Under the pieces are notes generated by a model, which was not told the DNA's origin, did no database searches, and was given only the letters and a program-made list of their open reading frames with translations. This document shows positions 61,873 to 64,000 of a DNA stretch of 64,000 nt, piece after piece. The DNA comes from Protoeuglena noctilucae (Eukaryota): assembly GCA_958009085.1 (NCBI GenBank), contig OY253682.1, positions 558,001-622,000 of the forward strand, written 5' to 3'. The translations under genes and the position numbers were made by a program. How positions within the stretch are numbered: the first letter of the stretch is position 1; each line of letters starts with the position of its first letter.

Positions 61873-63226
61873 TCAACTGATGGCTTGGTAACGACCCCCC
61901 GACCCACGGCGCATGGCCCGGTCGCTGCTCTTGGTCAGACGCACGGCTAGGAGCACGAGGGCAGGGACGAGAAGGGCCAGTCCCGTCGCCAGCAGGGCGT
62001 ACCCGACGGTGGCGGCATAGGCGCTCCCTGCCAGCACATCCAGCGAGCCGTTGGTGGCGTCCAAGGCCGCGAGTAGGGGGTCGCCGGCAATGCGCACCAC
62101 CACCTCGGGGGCGGTCGTGGATGGGAGGGAAGGGAAGGACCCGTCGTTGGGGGCGGGGAGCGCCAGCCATCGCACGGGACTCCACCGGGTTGTCGGGTCG
62201 CAGCCCACACGCGCGACTGCGCCAGAGTCCCAGGCCGGCGCTGGGTCTGCACTGGGGTCCACGGCGGCGCCCGTCACTGGGCTCCGGAAGCGGCCCTGCC
62301 CCGGGTCATACACCCCGCATATGTCGTGGGCGAGACGGTACGTTGTGCACATGCCAGATGAAGCGTATCCCTGCCTCTGATAGACGCAGTGCTTCCAGTT
62401 CGAGTCGCCCACCTCCTCTTGCATCACCAGGGCCAACCGGAGGAACGCGGCCCGGCCCGACCCATCCGCGCGCTCCAGGGCCAGCGACATGTCGGTGTCG
62501 GATAGCCACGAGGCGTCATCGGCGGTCGGCGGCTCGCCCTGCACGCACGGTGGGGTCAAAAACACGTCAGCATGCACCCCAAACCCGCATGTTTACAGAC
62601 TGCATCTGGCAGCTGCGGCAGACCTTGGCAGCTCGGGCGTCGTCCACCGCCTGCAGCAGCGTCGTCGACCCTGTCGACAGGTAAACCTCCGTGTAGGTGA
62701 CCTTGGATATCGACGGCAACGGGTCGGCACCCTCGTTGACCACCACCTCCAGCGGTACCTGCACCCTCTCTCGCCGGCCGTCCCGGGCGTCGGTGTACTC
62801 CACGCTCAGCGTGAGCACGCACGAGGTGACCTCCACGCAGAGCTGCTCTTTGATGGACGGCGTGGCACGAGCCCAGGCGGACACGGCTGCCTCGTAGCGA
62901 TGGGCGATGCGTTGCGCGTGTCGCTGGACTGCAGCTTGAGACTGCGGGCGCGAGCCGGGCAGCTTTCGCAACAAAACTACCGCTGTGAATGCAAAAAGGC
63001 AGCGCCTGCGCGGGCTTACCAGGAAAAGTCCACCGATGGCGAGGGAGGACACCGACGCTGCCAAATATGCCGTGAGGAAGCCCCCCGTCGCTGCCTGGGA
63101 CTCCGTGACGCTACGTCGCGTGCCACCGCCACTCTCCAGGTCAGAAATGCCCGAAGACTGCCCTCTGCGCCCGTCGATGTTGCGCGCGTAGGGCGAAGGG
63201 CGCCCTAACCGCTTGTCGTCGGCCAT
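61873..63226 (-). CDS. Hypothetical membrane protein with N- and C-terminal hydrophobic segments
   Basis: Exons ~63226-62624 and 62538-61873; hydrophobic stretches FLTAYLAASVSSLAIGGLFLV and VGYALLATGLALLVPALVLLAV, with Cys-containing sequence between them. Confidence 0.65.
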
Positions 63227-63432
63227 GACGACGGCGCGACTGCCCCGCCATTCCTCTAAGGTGTGTTGTGGCCCTGTACATGCAAGCTCCTGCATCGTTG
63301 TCGCATGGGGGGTCGATGGCTCTGGCATGAAAACCCTGCTAGAAAACAAGCGGGGGGGTGTTCTTCCGAGTCCAAATGCGCACCACAGTGCGCGTGCATG
63401 CCCAAGGTCCCCCTCGCACGCTGCCAGCAGCC

Positions 63433-63813
63433 ATGCAGGCCACCACGTCAGTCTCATCCGCATGCGTTCCTCGCCCTCCATCATCGCAGCGTCCAAATGC
63501 GGGCGCGGCGTCCAGTGCTTGCTGCTGTACGGGGTCGCGAACGCCGCAACTCAGGGCGCGTGTGCTTACACGGGCGAACGGCGATGAGGAGCGCGATTTC
63601 TGGCAAGGAGTAAACTGGATGACGCTGCTTCCCCGCCTGCCCTTGTCGATTCGCGATTCGCAATCTCCCATCGACAAGCGCAGGGAGGGAGAGCAGTTTG
63701 AGATGGTCGGCAAGGTGTTTTACTACTTCGTCCCGATCCTGGCCGCCCTCGGCCTGGTCGTCGGCGCTGTCGCGTCCCAGACGTACAACACGGGGGCTGA
63801 TGTCTTCATCAAG
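63433..63813 (+). CDS. Small plastid-targeted single-pass membrane protein, 5' part (probably continues beyond the window)
   Basis: Ser/Ala/Arg-rich transit-like N-terminus MQATTSVSSACVPRPP...RVLTRA. Across GC-AG intron 63603-63683 it reads DFWEGEQFEMVGKVFYYFVPILAALGLVVGAVASQTYNTGADVFIK, followed by a probable donor at 63814. Confidence 0.65.
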
Positions 63814-64000
63814 GTGCCCAGCGTCATTGCGACCCACAGCGCGCAAAGCATAGCAGCGCTTTGCCTCAAGTCTTCAGCTCAGCAGCGCCTGGATCCCTCC
63901 GCAGAGCGCAACAAGCGACGACAGCTCTGCGCTGCTGATTCCAGCAAAGGATCTGCTCCAATGACGAGCTCAATCACAAGCACCGCTAGGCATATACAGA

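Overview
This is a GC-rich, gene-dense eukaryotic nuclear window with short spliceosomal introns (mostly about 80-250 nt) and the standard genetic code. Plastid-transit-like N-termini without signal peptides point to a green alga (inference). I reconstructed 18 genes by hand, several of them invisible in the ORF track. In order: partial MRS2-type Mg2+ transporter (-), PPDK (+), a ~7,060-aa type I surface protein (+), a 99-aa membrane microprotein (+), COX17 (-), kanadaptin-like FHA protein (+), methyltransferase-like protein (-), TSET/TPLATE sigma-like subunit LOLITA/TSPOON (+), RPL11 (-), a 114-aa orphan (+), PA200/PSME4 (-), a JmjC oxygenase (+), a coiled-coil protein (-), an F-box-like/LRR protein (-), an ataxin-3 with a C-terminal UBX domain (+), a membrane protein (-) and a partial plastid membrane protein (+). 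The standout is the giant protein. It has about 26 bacterial-adhesin-like cadherin/Ig repeats, most of them in one 18.5-kb exon, a 10-domain internal duplication carrying different inserted modules (P-domain versus CBM-like), several RRxL processing motifs, and a TSP1/Cys-rich/EGF/TM C-terminus. The window also has many GC-AG introns, one apparent TT-AG intron, and repeated copies of exon ends inside adjacent introns. All family calls come from motif recognition; no database search was run.
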